64,000 nucleotides of DNA from a virus (Duplodnaviria > Caudoviricetes): positions 8,704 to 72,703 of the IMG/VR virus record IMGVR_UViG_3300032295_003392. The stretch is one strand, 5' to 3'. Within the stretch, counting starts at the first letter, position 1; each line of letters begins with the position of its first letter. Shown here piece after piece: positions 53,689-63,324 of the stretch. The translations under genes and the position numbers were made by a program. A model generated the notes under the pieces. The model saw only the letters and a program-made list of their open reading frames with translations, was not told the DNA's origin and did no database searches.

Positions 53689-54906
53689 ATGAAGGAACTA
53701 TTCACTTTGGGAAATTTATATGTCTCTGATTTTCTAAAAGATGACGAAAAACCAAGAGGTCCAAAAACAGAATTAAAATTTATGTTAGAAGAAAGTGGCG
53801 CTGTCAGATTAGAAAAAACAGCACCATTGGATACTATGTATGGAAAATATTGGTATAGATCTGGTATCAATAATACAATGAGGAATGAATTGAAAAACAT
53901 AGTTGATTCGATAAAGGGGATAATTCTTTTGAAAGAAAACGATTTATGGATTGATATTGCCTGTAATGATGGTACCTTGCTCAGTTACGTACCCGACAAT
54001 TTAATAAAAGTTGGCATCGATCCAGTCGATGATTCTTATAAAATAGAATCAGAAAAATACGCAAATCTTATAATTCAAGATTACTTTAGTTCGGACGTAT
54101 TCAAAAAATCAAAATTCGGAAATTTGAAAGCTAAAGTTATAACATCAATAGCAATGTTTTATGATTTAGAAAATCCAAAACAATTTATAAATGACATCAA
54201 AGAAGTTTTGGATGATGACGGTGTTTGGGTTTTACAATTATCCTACACGCCTTTGATGATTGAACAAATGGCATTTGATAATATTTGCCATGAACACGTT
54301 TACTATTATTCACTTTTTAATTTGAAAAATATGTTTGACGAATGTGGTGTTGACATTGTTGATGTGCAGCTAAATGATATAAATGGAGGATCTTTTAGAA
54401 TTTATTGCATGAAAAATACTGCGGATAAAACAAAGTTTAGTACCCAACCACACAGAGATGTTTGTGGTTTTAGAATTAACTCATTATTAGAATATGAAAA
54501 AACTTTGAATCTAGATAATCCAAAAACGTGGTCTGACTTCTATGACGAAATAAACAAATTAAAAGATAAAACGATTTCATTCATCAAAGAAGAAAAATCT
54601 AAAGGAAAAAAAATATGGGCTTATGGTGCCTCCACAAAGGGTAATACTCTTTTACAATATTTTGGTCTTGACCACAATTTAATTGAGGGTATAGCGGAAA
54701 GAAGCATTCACAAATTTGGTTTGAAAACTGTTGGTACAGAAATTCCCATCTTTTCTGAAGATGAAATGCGTAAGGCAAAACCCGATTACTTATTAGTTTT
54801 GCCTTGGCATTTTATTAATGAATTCATCAATAGAGAAAAGGAATTTCTTTTTCGAGGGGGTAAATTTATCGTACCTTGTCCCAAATTTAACATAATTGGT
54901 ATATAA
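53689..54906 (+). CDS. NDP-sugar C-methyltransferase-like protein
   Basis: IDIACNDGTLL, FDNICHEHVYYY, YGASTKGNTLL and PDYLLVLPWHF motifs. Confidence 0.85.
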   Translation: MKELFTLGNLYVSDFLKDDEKPRGPKTELKFMLEESGAVRLEKTAPLDTMYGKYWYRSGINNTMRNELKNIVDSIKGIILLKENDLWIDIACNDGTLLSYVPDNLIKVGIDPVDDSYKIESEKYANLIIQDYFSSDVFKKSKFGNLKAKVITSIAMFYDLENPKQFINDIKEVLDDDGVWVLQLSYTPLMIEQMAFDNICHEHVYYYSLFNLKNMFDECGVDIVDVQLNDINGGSFRIYCMKNTADKTKFSTQPHRDVCGFRINSLLEYEKTLNLDNPKTWSDFYDEINKLKDKTISFIKEEKSKGKKIWAYGASTKGNTLLQYFGLDHNLIEGIAERSIHKFGLKTVGTEIPIFSEDEMRKAKPDYLLVLPWHFINEFINREKEFLFRGGKFIVPCPKFNIIGI

Positions 54907-54922
54907 AAAATAAATAAATAAT

Positions 54923-55582
54923 ATGGAAAATGTAAGAATAATTGAAAGCGAGTTTGAAAGTTCGACACAAGCGTTAAACGCTTTATTAGAATATAATAAT
55001 AACAATAATATCATACAAGACATGTCAAATGTTGTGTTTGTAGATGTTGGTGCTGGTATGCCAGAATATTACTCAAATTCATTAAAATTTAGAGAGTTGG
55101 GGGCTAAAATAATAGCAATAGAACCCATACCATCATTTTGTGAGATGTTTAGACATAAGAATTGGGATGTTTTGGAATATGCTGTTACCAAAGATGATTC
55201 ACAAGATATGGTATTATTCACTGAAATGAGACACAGTGGTGATTTTCTTGGTTTAGCTGGTTCTGCGATTAAAGGTTATAATGATGATGCTATTATTTCA
55301 CCAGATAAAGTATTTGCAGAATATACTGTTAAATCTCTTAGTCTTAATACAATATTGAAAACCCATCATCCAGAACTAGAAAGTTTTGATGTGTTAGATA
55401 TCGATATTGAAGGTAATGAGGTTGATATACTTAAAAATTTTAATTTAAATAAATATAAACCAAAGGTAATGATAATTGAAAATTTAAAACCAGACCATAA
55501 CGGTTATTATGATTATTATAAAGAAATAAATTATGTGTTAATAGTTAAATGTGGTCATAACGATATCCTAATTAGGAAATAA
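54923..55582 (+). CDS. FkbM-family methyltransferase
   Basis: FVDVGAG, IAIEP, DIDIEGNEVDILK and KPKVMIIE motifs. Confidence 0.82.
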   Translation: MENVRIIESEFESSTQALNALLEYNNNNNIIQDMSNVVFVDVGAGMPEYYSNSLKFRELGAKIIAIEPIPSFCEMFRHKNWDVLEYAVTKDDSQDMVLFTEMRHSGDFLGLAGSAIKGYNDDAIISPDKVFAEYTVKSLSLNTILKTHHPELESFDVLDIDIEGNEVDILKNFNLNKYKPKVMIIENLKPDHNGYYDYYKEINYVLIVKCGHNDILIRK

Positions 55583-55603
55583 AAATGGAAACAGTGAAAA
55601 ATT

Positions 55604-55954
55604 ATGAAAAAAACAATTTTTTGTGATATTGATGGAACCTTAATAAAACATTTTTCACCTTTTTATACATGTGATAAAAATTTTAAAATGGAATTATTAG
55701 AAAACACAATAAATAAATTATATGAATGGGATAAAATGGGTTATAATATTATACTAACAACAGGTAGAAAAGAAGGTATGAGAAAAATAACCGAAAAACA
55801 ACTTTCAAAAGCAGGTATTATATATGATAGATTAATAATGGGTCTTGGATCAGGACCCAGATATTTAATAAACGATAGAAAAACAAATGGAGAAGATACT
55901 GCTTTTAGTTACAATATTAATCGTGATTATGGTATAAAAGACATTGATATTTAA
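55604..55954 (+). CDS. Minimal HAD-superfamily phosphatase
   Basis: FCDIDGTL, LTTGR and YLINDR motifs. Confidence 0.8.
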   Translation: MKKTIFCDIDGTLIKHFSPFYTCDKNFKMELLENTINKLYEWDKMGYNIILTTGRKEGMRKITEKQLSKAGIIYDRLIMGLGSGPRYLINDRKTNGEDTAFSYNINRDYGIKDIDI

Positions 55955-57372
55955 TGAAAAATCCGTATATTATTGGTATAAGTGGTCCTTCGGGTGTTGG
56001 TAAAACAACAATTTCATATTTATTATCTTATTTGTTCAACATCAATGATGTTATAATACTGAGTGGTGATGATTTACACAAATGGGAAAGAAATGACCCA
56101 AATTGGGATACTTTTACTCATTTTCATCCTGATGCAAATGATTTAAGTCTTGGATTACATCATTTATCCAATCTTAAAAATGGTAAATCAATTTTGAGAA
56201 AAAAATATAATCATGGTACCGGTAAATTCGACGATGGAATTGAGGTATATAGTAAACCAATTATAATTTATGAAGGACTACATTCTCTATATGACAAAAA
56301 TATTTGCGATTTGATAGATTTGAAAATATTTATAGATACTGACGAAAAACTAACCAAAGAATGGAAAATAAAAAGAGATACCGTTTCGAGGGGGTATAGT
56401 CCAGACGATGTTATAAAAATAATGGAGAGAAGAAAATCAGACGCTATTCAATTTATAAATCCGCAAAAATACAATGCAGATGTTGTAATTAAGTTTAATA
56501 AATTGAAAAAAATCAAACTCACCTATAAAATACTTACAAAATTAAATCAAAATTCCGAAAACATTATTAAAAATTTGAAAAGAATTTATAAATTGGTTTC
56601 TGATTTTTTACAAATTGCTGATTTTCTATCAACAGATATAAGTTTGGTACAAGGCAAAGGAGGAAACATATCACTCAAATTTGAGGATAAATTTCTAATA
56701 AAATCTTCCGGTTTCAAAATGCAAGATATATCTTTCACAGAGGGATTTTCAATATGTGAAAATAAACCAAATAGATTATTTAACGATGAAAATGAATATG
56801 AACTTTATTCTAAGGAATCAGTTTTTTATTCAGTAGGTAAACCTTCTATGGAAATTGGGTTTCATAATAATATTCAATATAATGTAATTATACACACACA
56901 CCCAATTTATCTCAATGCTATTTTGTGTTCGAAAGAATCAAAGGAAATAATAAACCATTTATTCAAAGATTTAAAATTCAAATTTATTGAATATTTGACA
57001 CCCGGTTACAAACTATCCAATTTTTTCTACAAAGAAGACAATTGTAAAATATATTTTTTAGAAAACCATGGGTTGATTGTTTGCTCGGACAAAATAAATG
57101 AAGCGATAAAAATTACAAAAAAAATAAACATTGATTGTGAAAATTGGATATTGCAAAATAGTAGTAACTTTATACCAATTAATATCAACGTAGAAAACAA
57201 ATATTTATTTCCTGATTCAGTAGTCTTCTCGGAAGAATTAAAGGAAATAAATAATTACATTCTTAGTTTAATAACTAAGTGTGGATTGTCTCCGAAATTT
57301 TTAACTAATGATGAAATAAACGAAATCCAACAATTAGAATCTGAAAAATTTCGAAAAAATCAGAAAAATTGA
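55954..57372 (+). CDS. Fusion: PRK/uridine-kinase-family P-loop kinase + class II aldolase/adducin domain
   Basis: GPSGVGKTT, DDLHKWER, YEGLH; then QGKGGNIS, KPSMEIGFH, IHTHP and LENHGL motifs. Confidence 0.82.
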   Translation: MKNPYIIGISGPSGVGKTTISYLLSYLFNINDVIILSGDDLHKWERNDPNWDTFTHFHPDANDLSLGLHHLSNLKNGKSILRKKYNHGTGKFDDGIEVYSKPIIIYEGLHSLYDKNICDLIDLKIFIDTDEKLTKEWKIKRDTVSRGYSPDDVIKIMERRKSDAIQFINPQKYNADVVIKFNKLKKIKLTYKILTKLNQNSENIIKNLKRIYKLVSDFLQIADFLSTDISLVQGKGGNISLKFEDKFLIKSSGFKMQDISFTEGFSICENKPNRLFNDENEYELYSKESVFYSVGKPSMEIGFHNNIQYNVIIHTHPIYLNAILCSKESKEIINHLFKDLKFKFIEYLTPGYKLSNFFYKEDNCKIYFLENHGLIVCSDKINEAIKITKKINIDCENWILQNSSNFIPININVENKYLFPDSVVFSEELKEINNYILSLITKCGLSPKFLTNDEINEIQQLESEKFRKNQKN

Positions 57373-57436
57373 ATTTTAGTTAGGTAAATAATCGAATGAA
57401 TATATTTCAGTCTGATAATAAAATAAAAAAATATAA

Positions 57437-58264
57437 ATGAAAGTCATAATCCCAATGGCCGGCCTCGGTGAAAGATTCGTGTTGAATGGATATACCGACC
57501 CTAAACCATTAATTAATGTTGCCGACAAAAGAATAATTCAGTATATTCTCGATATGTTTCCCAATGAGGATGATTATATATTTATCTGTAATGACGAGCA
57601 TATAAAGAATACAAATATGTCAGAGGTATTATTATCCTTAAAGCCAAATTGTAAAATTTTTACAATGCCACAACACAAAAAGGGACCAGTATACACTGTA
57701 AAAACAATCGTCGATTCAATAGATGACGATGATGAAATCATTATTTCATATTGTGATAATCCTTATTTATGGAATATTGATGATTTCAAACATCATGTTA
57801 GAATAAATAATCTGGATGGTTGTATACTCACACACACAGGATTCCACCCCCATACCTTGAGTGATACGAAAATGGCCTTCATAAAAGAAAATGATGGACT
57901 AGTTAGTGAGATAAAGGAAAAGGAATGTTACACAAATAATCCAATGGACGAACACGCCTCAACGGGAGTTTATTATTTCAAAAAAGGAGAATATGTAAAA
58001 AAATATTTCAACAAATTAATTGATTCAGATATAAACTATAATGGAGAATACTATGTAACATTAGTATATAATTTACTAATCAATGACAATTTAAAGGTAG
58101 GATATTTCGACACTGATATTGTTATGGTTTTTGGGACACCTGAGGAGGTTTCAAACTTCGAGGCTTGGAATACCATACTTACAGAAAAACAAGTAAAAAA
58201 TGAACAAGATTTGTTAAATTGTTACAGATACTGGAGAAAATACAAAGAATTTACAAAACTTTAA
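57437..58264 (+). CDS. Sugar-phosphate nucleotidyltransferase
   Basis: IIPMAGLGERF...PKPLI, ISYCD, STGVYYF and FGTPEE motifs. Confidence 0.85.
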   Translation: MKVIIPMAGLGERFVLNGYTDPKPLINVADKRIIQYILDMFPNEDDYIFICNDEHIKNTNMSEVLLSLKPNCKIFTMPQHKKGPVYTVKTIVDSIDDDDEIIISYCDNPYLWNIDDFKHHVRINNLDGCILTHTGFHPHTLSDTKMAFIKENDGLVSEIKEKECYTNNPMDEHASTGVYYFKKGEYVKKYFNKLIDSDINYNGEYYVTLVYNLLINDNLKVGYFDTDIVMVFGTPEEVSNFEAWNTILTEKQVKNEQDLLNCYRYWRKYKEFTKL

Positions 58265-58341
58265 AATATTTCACATATAAAACTTGTCCCAAAAAGTAAT
58301 TGGTCCCCACTCATAACTTAAAAAACAATTGAAATCGAATA

Positions 58342-58809
58342 ATGAAATATATTTCACATAGGGGAAATTTAAAAAATATAAATCCATCTTTGGAAAATAG
58401 TCCAAGTTATATCGATCTTGCAATCAAAGAAGGATTTGATGTAGAAATAGATATTAGAATGTTCAATGGTGAAATATTTTTAGGCCATGATACACCTGAC
58501 TATTCAATAACTGTCGATTGGTTGATTCACAGAAAGGAAAATTTATGGATACACACTAAAGATATCCAATCTTTGGTATTATTAAATGAATATGATTTAA
58601 ATCTCTTTTTTCATGAAAAAGAACGACACACAATAATTCATAATACTAAATTTATATGGACTCATGATATTGATGAATCAACAGATAAATCGATAATACC
58701 TTTGCTCAAAATCTCTGATTTAGAATCATTCGAAAAATTTAAACATGTGGCCGGAGTTTGTTCTGATTACATTCAAATTTTGAAAAATAAAAATTACGAA
58801 GAAATATGA
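58342..58809 (+). CDS. GDPD-like phosphodiesterase (short TIM barrel)
   Basis: ISHRGN, GFDVEIDI, LGHD and GVCSDY motifs. Confidence 0.78.
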   Translation: MKYISHRGNLKNINPSLENSPSYIDLAIKEGFDVEIDIRMFNGEIFLGHDTPDYSITVDWLIHRKENLWIHTKDIQSLVLLNEYDLNLFFHEKERHTIIHNTKFIWTHDIDESTDKSIIPLLKISDLESFEKFKHVAGVCSDYIQILKNKNYEEI

Positions 58810-59477
58810 AAACCTGTGTACTAATTTCAGGTCTACCACGAAATGTTGAAAATGCATTCCATTCAATTAACGAATGTTTGATTAAGCCAAATAACGCGGA
58901 TGTTTTCATTCATTCTTGGGTTGATGAACAAAGTGATTTATCTAATAGAATACTACAACTATATAACCCAATAAAATTTTCATTTGAAAAACAAAAAACA
59001 TTTGTAAATGATAATTTCGATTTAACCAGAATGATGTTATCCCATGGTAGATCCTATACTAGAGAAAAATTTGTTGAAATGATATACAGTTCTTGGTACA
59101 GTAATCAGCAATCTAATTTATTGAAAGAAGCTTACCGATTGGAGAAAAATATTTTTTACGATTATGTTATAAGAGCAAGGTTTGATATTACTTATAGCAA
59201 GCCAATAATATGTTCAGAATATGACCCCAATACGTTATATATTGCTAACAGACATAATTTACCCGATGAGATGATAGACGATAGATTCGCTTTTTCATCC
59301 AATAGAATAATGAATTTGTATTGTAGTGGATTTAATTTGATGGAATACATACACAATTTACGTCATAACCTCGATGGTATATTTTGTGGAGAAACTATGG
59401 TTTATGAAATGGTCAAGCTCTACAATTTAAACCATCATATTATAAATGATTTAAACTTAAATAGACTACCCTCTTAA
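58806..59477 (+). CDS. Putative glycosyltransferase-like protein
   Basis: LISGLPR, DVFIHSW, YDYVIRARFD and DDRFAF motifs. Confidence 0.55.
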   Translation: MKTCVLISGLPRNVENAFHSINECLIKPNNADVFIHSWVDEQSDLSNRILQLYNPIKFSFEKQKTFVNDNFDLTRMMLSHGRSYTREKFVEMIYSSWYSNQQSNLLKEAYRLEKNIFYDYVIRARFDITYSKPIICSEYDPNTLYIANRHNLPDEMIDDRFAFSSNRIMNLYCSGFNLMEYIHNLRHNLDGIFCGETMVYEMVKLYNLNHHIINDLNLNRLPS

Positions 59478-59479
59478 AT

Positions 59480-59731
59480 ATGGAAACAATAGGAAACTTA
59501 ATCGACAAATTAACCGTCGTAAATATTAGAATATGGTTCGCCGAAGATATTAAGCGCGATAAAGAAGCAAGTGATAAAAAAATTGCTGATGCGTGCAGAA
59601 TTACGAATGTTGCGAATTCGCAAAGAAATGATTTAATACAAGAAATCGATGAGAAAATAAATCGTATGATTGAAACTGGCGAACTGCAAAAATTATATAA
59701 ACAAGGTACAAATAAAATGTATGGAAAATAA
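59480..59731 (+). CDS. DUF4254-like small helical protein
   Basis: ETIGNLIDKLTVVNIRIWFAED...NSQRNDLIQEID. Confidence 0.6.
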   Translation: METIGNLIDKLTVVNIRIWFAEDIKRDKEASDKKIADACRITNVANSQRNDLIQEIDEKINRMIETGELQKLYKQGTNKMYGK

Positions 59732-60518
59732 TTTAGTAATCGGAGATACATCTCAGTTGTCAAAATATTTTCCCGAGGATTATATCAAAATTTCCTCCAG
59801 AAGAATCAAAAATGAAATATTTAATAAAAAATGGAATTCGGTCTACATAACTTTCGCAAAACAAAATGTTTTTGAAGATGGTAACGAAAATTTCGTAGAT
59901 ATCAATACATTTTTCACTTTGGATATAATAAGTAAGCTACTTGATAATACAAATAAAATTGTTGTTTACACAACTTGTGAAATTTTTAATAATGTCTATG
60001 GACCGATTGATGTTGACACTCAACCATCTTTTGTTCCAAAAAAAAATGCAAATTATACCAATTATATACTTTCCAAATACTTATTAGCACAATACATAAA
60101 AGAAAATAGAAAAAAAGATAAAAGGTGGGAAAGGGTATTAATTATTCACCCATTCAATTTCGAATCTATTCACAAAAACAGTTATTTCTTGTTCGGAAAA
60201 ATTACAAACTCTATCTTAAAAAAAGAAAAAATAGAAATATTTGACATAGACTTTTATAAAGATCTTTTGCACGCCTCAAGGATGGTTGAACAATCAATAT
60301 TAGCGGATAATGATTGTGTTGTGGGTTCTGGTAAACTTATCAATGTTGAAGAAACGGTCAAAAGGATATACAATTTTTTTGATATGGACTTTTATGAATA
60401 TGTAAAAGTAGTAAAAACTAGTTTCGATAAAAGAAATTTTTACTACTCTCGAAAAAAATTATATTACGATTTTACTGAAGACATGATTTCCGATTTAAAA
60501 ACAGTCATTAGACTTTAA
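59721..60518 (+). CDS. Degenerate NAD-dependent epimerase-like protein
   Basis: YILSK (YxxxK), HPFNFES and KDLLH present; the Gly-rich motif is eroded (IGDTSQLS). Confidence 0.6.
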   Translation: MENNLVIGDTSQLSKYFPEDYIKISSRRIKNEIFNKKWNSVYITFAKQNVFEDGNENFVDINTFFTLDIISKLLDNTNKIVVYTTCEIFNNVYGPIDVDTQPSFVPKKNANYTNYILSKYLLAQYIKENRKKDKRWERVLIIHPFNFESIHKNSYFLFGKITNSILKKEKIEIFDIDFYKDLLHASRMVEQSILADNDCVVGSGKLINVEETVKRIYNFFDMDFYEYVKVVKTSFDKRNFYYSRKKLYYDFTEDMISDLKTVIRL

Positions 60519-60552
60519 GAAAGTAAACTATCTAATAAGAACTAAAATCAAA

Positions 60553-61335
60553 ATGATAATATCTAAAATTCAAGGTGGGTTAGGTAATCAAATGTTTCAG
60601 TACGCCTTTGCTCGCTTTTTATCATCAAAACATAACGTAAGGTTTTTTTTGGACACAAGTTTCTATAAAAATAATATTGGTGCCGTTACAAGATTATTTT
60701 TATTGGATAAATTTCCAAACACAAATATCAATGAATTCAACCCAATAAATTTAAAATATCCTATACAGCGTATACCAGATAATTTTTTTTTCAATAAAAT
60801 TGAAATATTACCCAATATGGATTATTATTTAGATGGATATTGGCAATCTGAGAAATATTTTTTAGAAATTCGAGAAGAATTAAGAAATGAATTTTCACCA
60901 CCAACAAACGTATTGGATAAACTATTAAAAACTATATCCACAAATTCAAATTCTGTCTCCATCCATATAAGGAGAACAGACTATGTCACATCCAATGGAT
61001 ATCACCCTGTTCAGACAGTGGAATATTATGAAAATGCTCTAAACATTATTGGAGACTACGATAATCTGTTTGTTTTTTCGGACGATATTCAATGGTGTAA
61101 GAATAATTTGAATTTCAAAAAAATGATCTTCGTTGAAAGTTTATCCGAAATCGAAGATTTGTGGTTGATGTCACTCTGTAAGAATAACATCATAGCCAAT
61201 TCAACATTCAGTTGGTGGGGAGCATGGTTGAACAAAAATCCCAACAAAAAAGTAGTCGCTCCGATTAAATGGTTCGGATCTCAAACAAATTTAAACACTT
61301 CTGATATAATACCAGAAGATTGGCTGAAAATATAA
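60553..61335 (+). CDS. GT11 alpha-1,2-fucosyltransferase
   Basis: QGGLGNQMFQYA, GYWQSEKYF, HIRRTDY and NSTFSWWGAWL motifs. Confidence 0.92.
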   Translation: MIISKIQGGLGNQMFQYAFARFLSSKHNVRFFLDTSFYKNNIGAVTRLFLLDKFPNTNINEFNPINLKYPIQRIPDNFFFNKIEILPNMDYYLDGYWQSEKYFLEIREELRNEFSPPTNVLDKLLKTISTNSNSVSIHIRRTDYVTSNGYHPVQTVEYYENALNIIGDYDNLFVFSDDIQWCKNNLNFKKMIFVESLSEIEDLWLMSLCKNNIIANSTFSWWGAWLNKNPNKKVVAPIKWFGSQTNLNTSDIIPEDWLKI

Positions 61336-61346
61336 AACTACTAAAA

Positions 61347-62243
61347 ATGAAAAAAATCAAAATATCATTCTCGGACTTTTGGAATGGGTATGATTCAAAT
61401 TCCAATTTTTGGACAATTTTACTTGATAAATTAGGAATATCCTATGAAATTGTTGATAACCACTCTGATTTACTTATTTCCTCTTGTTTCGGATTCAACT
61501 GGACTAGGTTGACAGCAACTAAAAAAATATTTTGGACCGGTGAAAACTGGTATAGAATGGATAGTAAAATTCCAAACATTGGAAATTCGACTATTATTGA
61601 AAATTTTGATTTCGTTCTAAGTTTCGATTACAACAATTATCCGAATCATTATAGATTACCCTTATATTTGATAGATTTGATGGAGAGAAATATTCAAGAT
61701 TTGAATTCTCTATTTAGAAAAAAAAGTAAAGATGAACTATACGTAGAATTTAAAGACAGAAAATTCTGCACCTTTGTGCAAGGTAATGGTAACTGTGAGT
61801 TCAGAAATTCCTACTACCACTACTTGAATGAGAAAATTAGTAAAGTAGACTCATTCGGACAGTTATTCAACAACACGGGTGAAATTGTAAATAGAGATGG
61901 TAAAATTCAAAAAACGAAATCATACAAATTTGCTTTGTCTTTTGAGAATTCTGAGTATGATGGGTATGTCAGTGAAAAAATTATAGATGCTTTCGCATCT
62001 GATATAATACCAATATATTGGGGTGGTAATAAAATAGGCAATGAGTTCAATAATAAATCTTTTATAAATGTTCATGAGCTTGGCGTTGAGGGTTCTTTAG
62101 CCAAAATAAACCAAGTCATGAATGATTTTGAACTTTATTGGGAAATGTATAATAGTAAAATTATATCAGACGAACAAGAACCATTGAATGAGAGAATCCA
62201 TAACTTTGAAGAAAAGTTTAAAAATTTTATAACTAACTTATGA
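61347..62243 (+). CDS. GT10 alpha-1,3/4-fucosyltransferase
   Basis: YKFALSFENSEYDGYVSEKIIDAFASDIIPIYWG alpha-1,3 motif. Confidence 0.9.
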   Translation: MKKIKISFSDFWNGYDSNSNFWTILLDKLGISYEIVDNHSDLLISSCFGFNWTRLTATKKIFWTGENWYRMDSKIPNIGNSTIIENFDFVLSFDYNNYPNHYRLPLYLIDLMERNIQDLNSLFRKKSKDELYVEFKDRKFCTFVQGNGNCEFRNSYYHYLNEKISKVDSFGQLFNNTGEIVNRDGKIQKTKSYKFALSFENSEYDGYVSEKIIDAFASDIIPIYWGGNKIGNEFNNKSFINVHELGVEGSLAKINQVMNDFELYWEMYNSKIISDEQEPLNERIHNFEEKFKNFITNL

Positions 62244-63304
62244 GAATAGCAGTTGTAACGGGTTCTGCTGGTTTAATAGGGTCTCAAGCTTGTCAATTTT
62301 TTAATGAAAGGGGCTTTACAATTGTTGGTATAGATAATGATATGAGAGCTTATTTTTTTGGAGTGGAATCCTCTACAAAAAACTCTCTTGAATCCATCAA
62401 AACAAATATTGATGGTTATATTCATTATGACATCGATATTAGAGACTATGACAAAATGAATGCATTATTTGAAAAATATTCCACAAATATTGATATTGTC
62501 ATACACACAGCCGCCCAACCATCACACGATTGGGCCGCGAAAGAGCCATTGACCGATTTTACGGTTAATGCTGTTGGCACTATGAATCTTTTAGAATTGA
62601 CCAGAATTTATTCTCCAAAAGCAACATTTATTTTCACTTCAACCAACAAAGTCTATGGAGACACACCAAATAATTCACCCTATATGAAAGAAACCGAGAC
62701 TAGGTGGGAGTGTTTTGATGTTTTTGGGAATCTAACTAACATAGATGAAACGATGTCAATAGACAACACAAAACATTCAGTTTTTGGAGCTTCTAAAGTT
62801 TCAGCTGATATTATGTGTCAAGAATATGGTAAGTATTTTGGAATGAATGTCGGTATATTTAGAGGAGGTTGTTTGACAGGTCCAAATCATGCCGGCGCTG
62901 AACTACATGGATTCCTTTCATATTTGGTCAAATGTGTAGTAAATGATTTACCCTATACCATTTTTGGATACAAGGGTAAACAAGTTAGAGATAATATACA
63001 TTCTTGGGATTTAGTGAATATGTTTTGGCATTTCCACCAAAATCCAAAGAAAGGTGAGGTCTACAATGCGGGCGGTGGTAGAGAAAACTCAATTTCCATT
63101 TTGGAGGCTATCAATCTCATTAATAAGATATGTAATAAACAATGGTCAAATTATACTATTTCTGATAATGCTAGAATCGGAGACCACATATGGTATATTA
63201 GTGACTTGACCAAGTTCAAAAATGATTACCCCGAATGGGATATAACTATTTCTCTGGAAGAAACCATTAATCAAATGGTAAATTTTGAAAAAGGAAAATT
63301 TTAA
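62240..63304 (+). CDS. CDP-paratose 2-epimerase-like NAD-dependent epimerase
   Basis: TGSAGLIG, HTAAQPSHD, STNKVYGD, FGASK and FRGGCLTG motifs. Confidence 0.85.
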   Translation: MRIAVVTGSAGLIGSQACQFFNERGFTIVGIDNDMRAYFFGVESSTKNSLESIKTNIDGYIHYDIDIRDYDKMNALFEKYSTNIDIVIHTAAQPSHDWAAKEPLTDFTVNAVGTMNLLELTRIYSPKATFIFTSTNKVYGDTPNNSPYMKETETRWECFDVFGNLTNIDETMSIDNTKHSVFGASKVSADIMCQEYGKYFGMNVGIFRGGCLTGPNHAGAELHGFLSYLVKCVVNDLPYTIFGYKGKQVRDNIHSWDLVNMFWHFHQNPKKGEVYNAGGGRENSISILEAINLINKICNKQWSNYTISDNARIGDHIWYISDLTKFKNDYPEWDITISLEETINQMVNFEKGKF

Positions 63305-63324
63305 TAATAAAAAAAACAAATTTT

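Noticed and set aside
55954-57372. Phosphoribulokinase as a Calvin-cycle auxiliary gene
   Set aside because: The domain is fused to an aldolase inside a glycan locus, with no RuBisCO or CP12 context.
58266-58360. 12-nt direct repeat ATATTTCACATA at 58266 and 58349
   Set aside because: Short and AT-rich with only two copies; consistent with chance.
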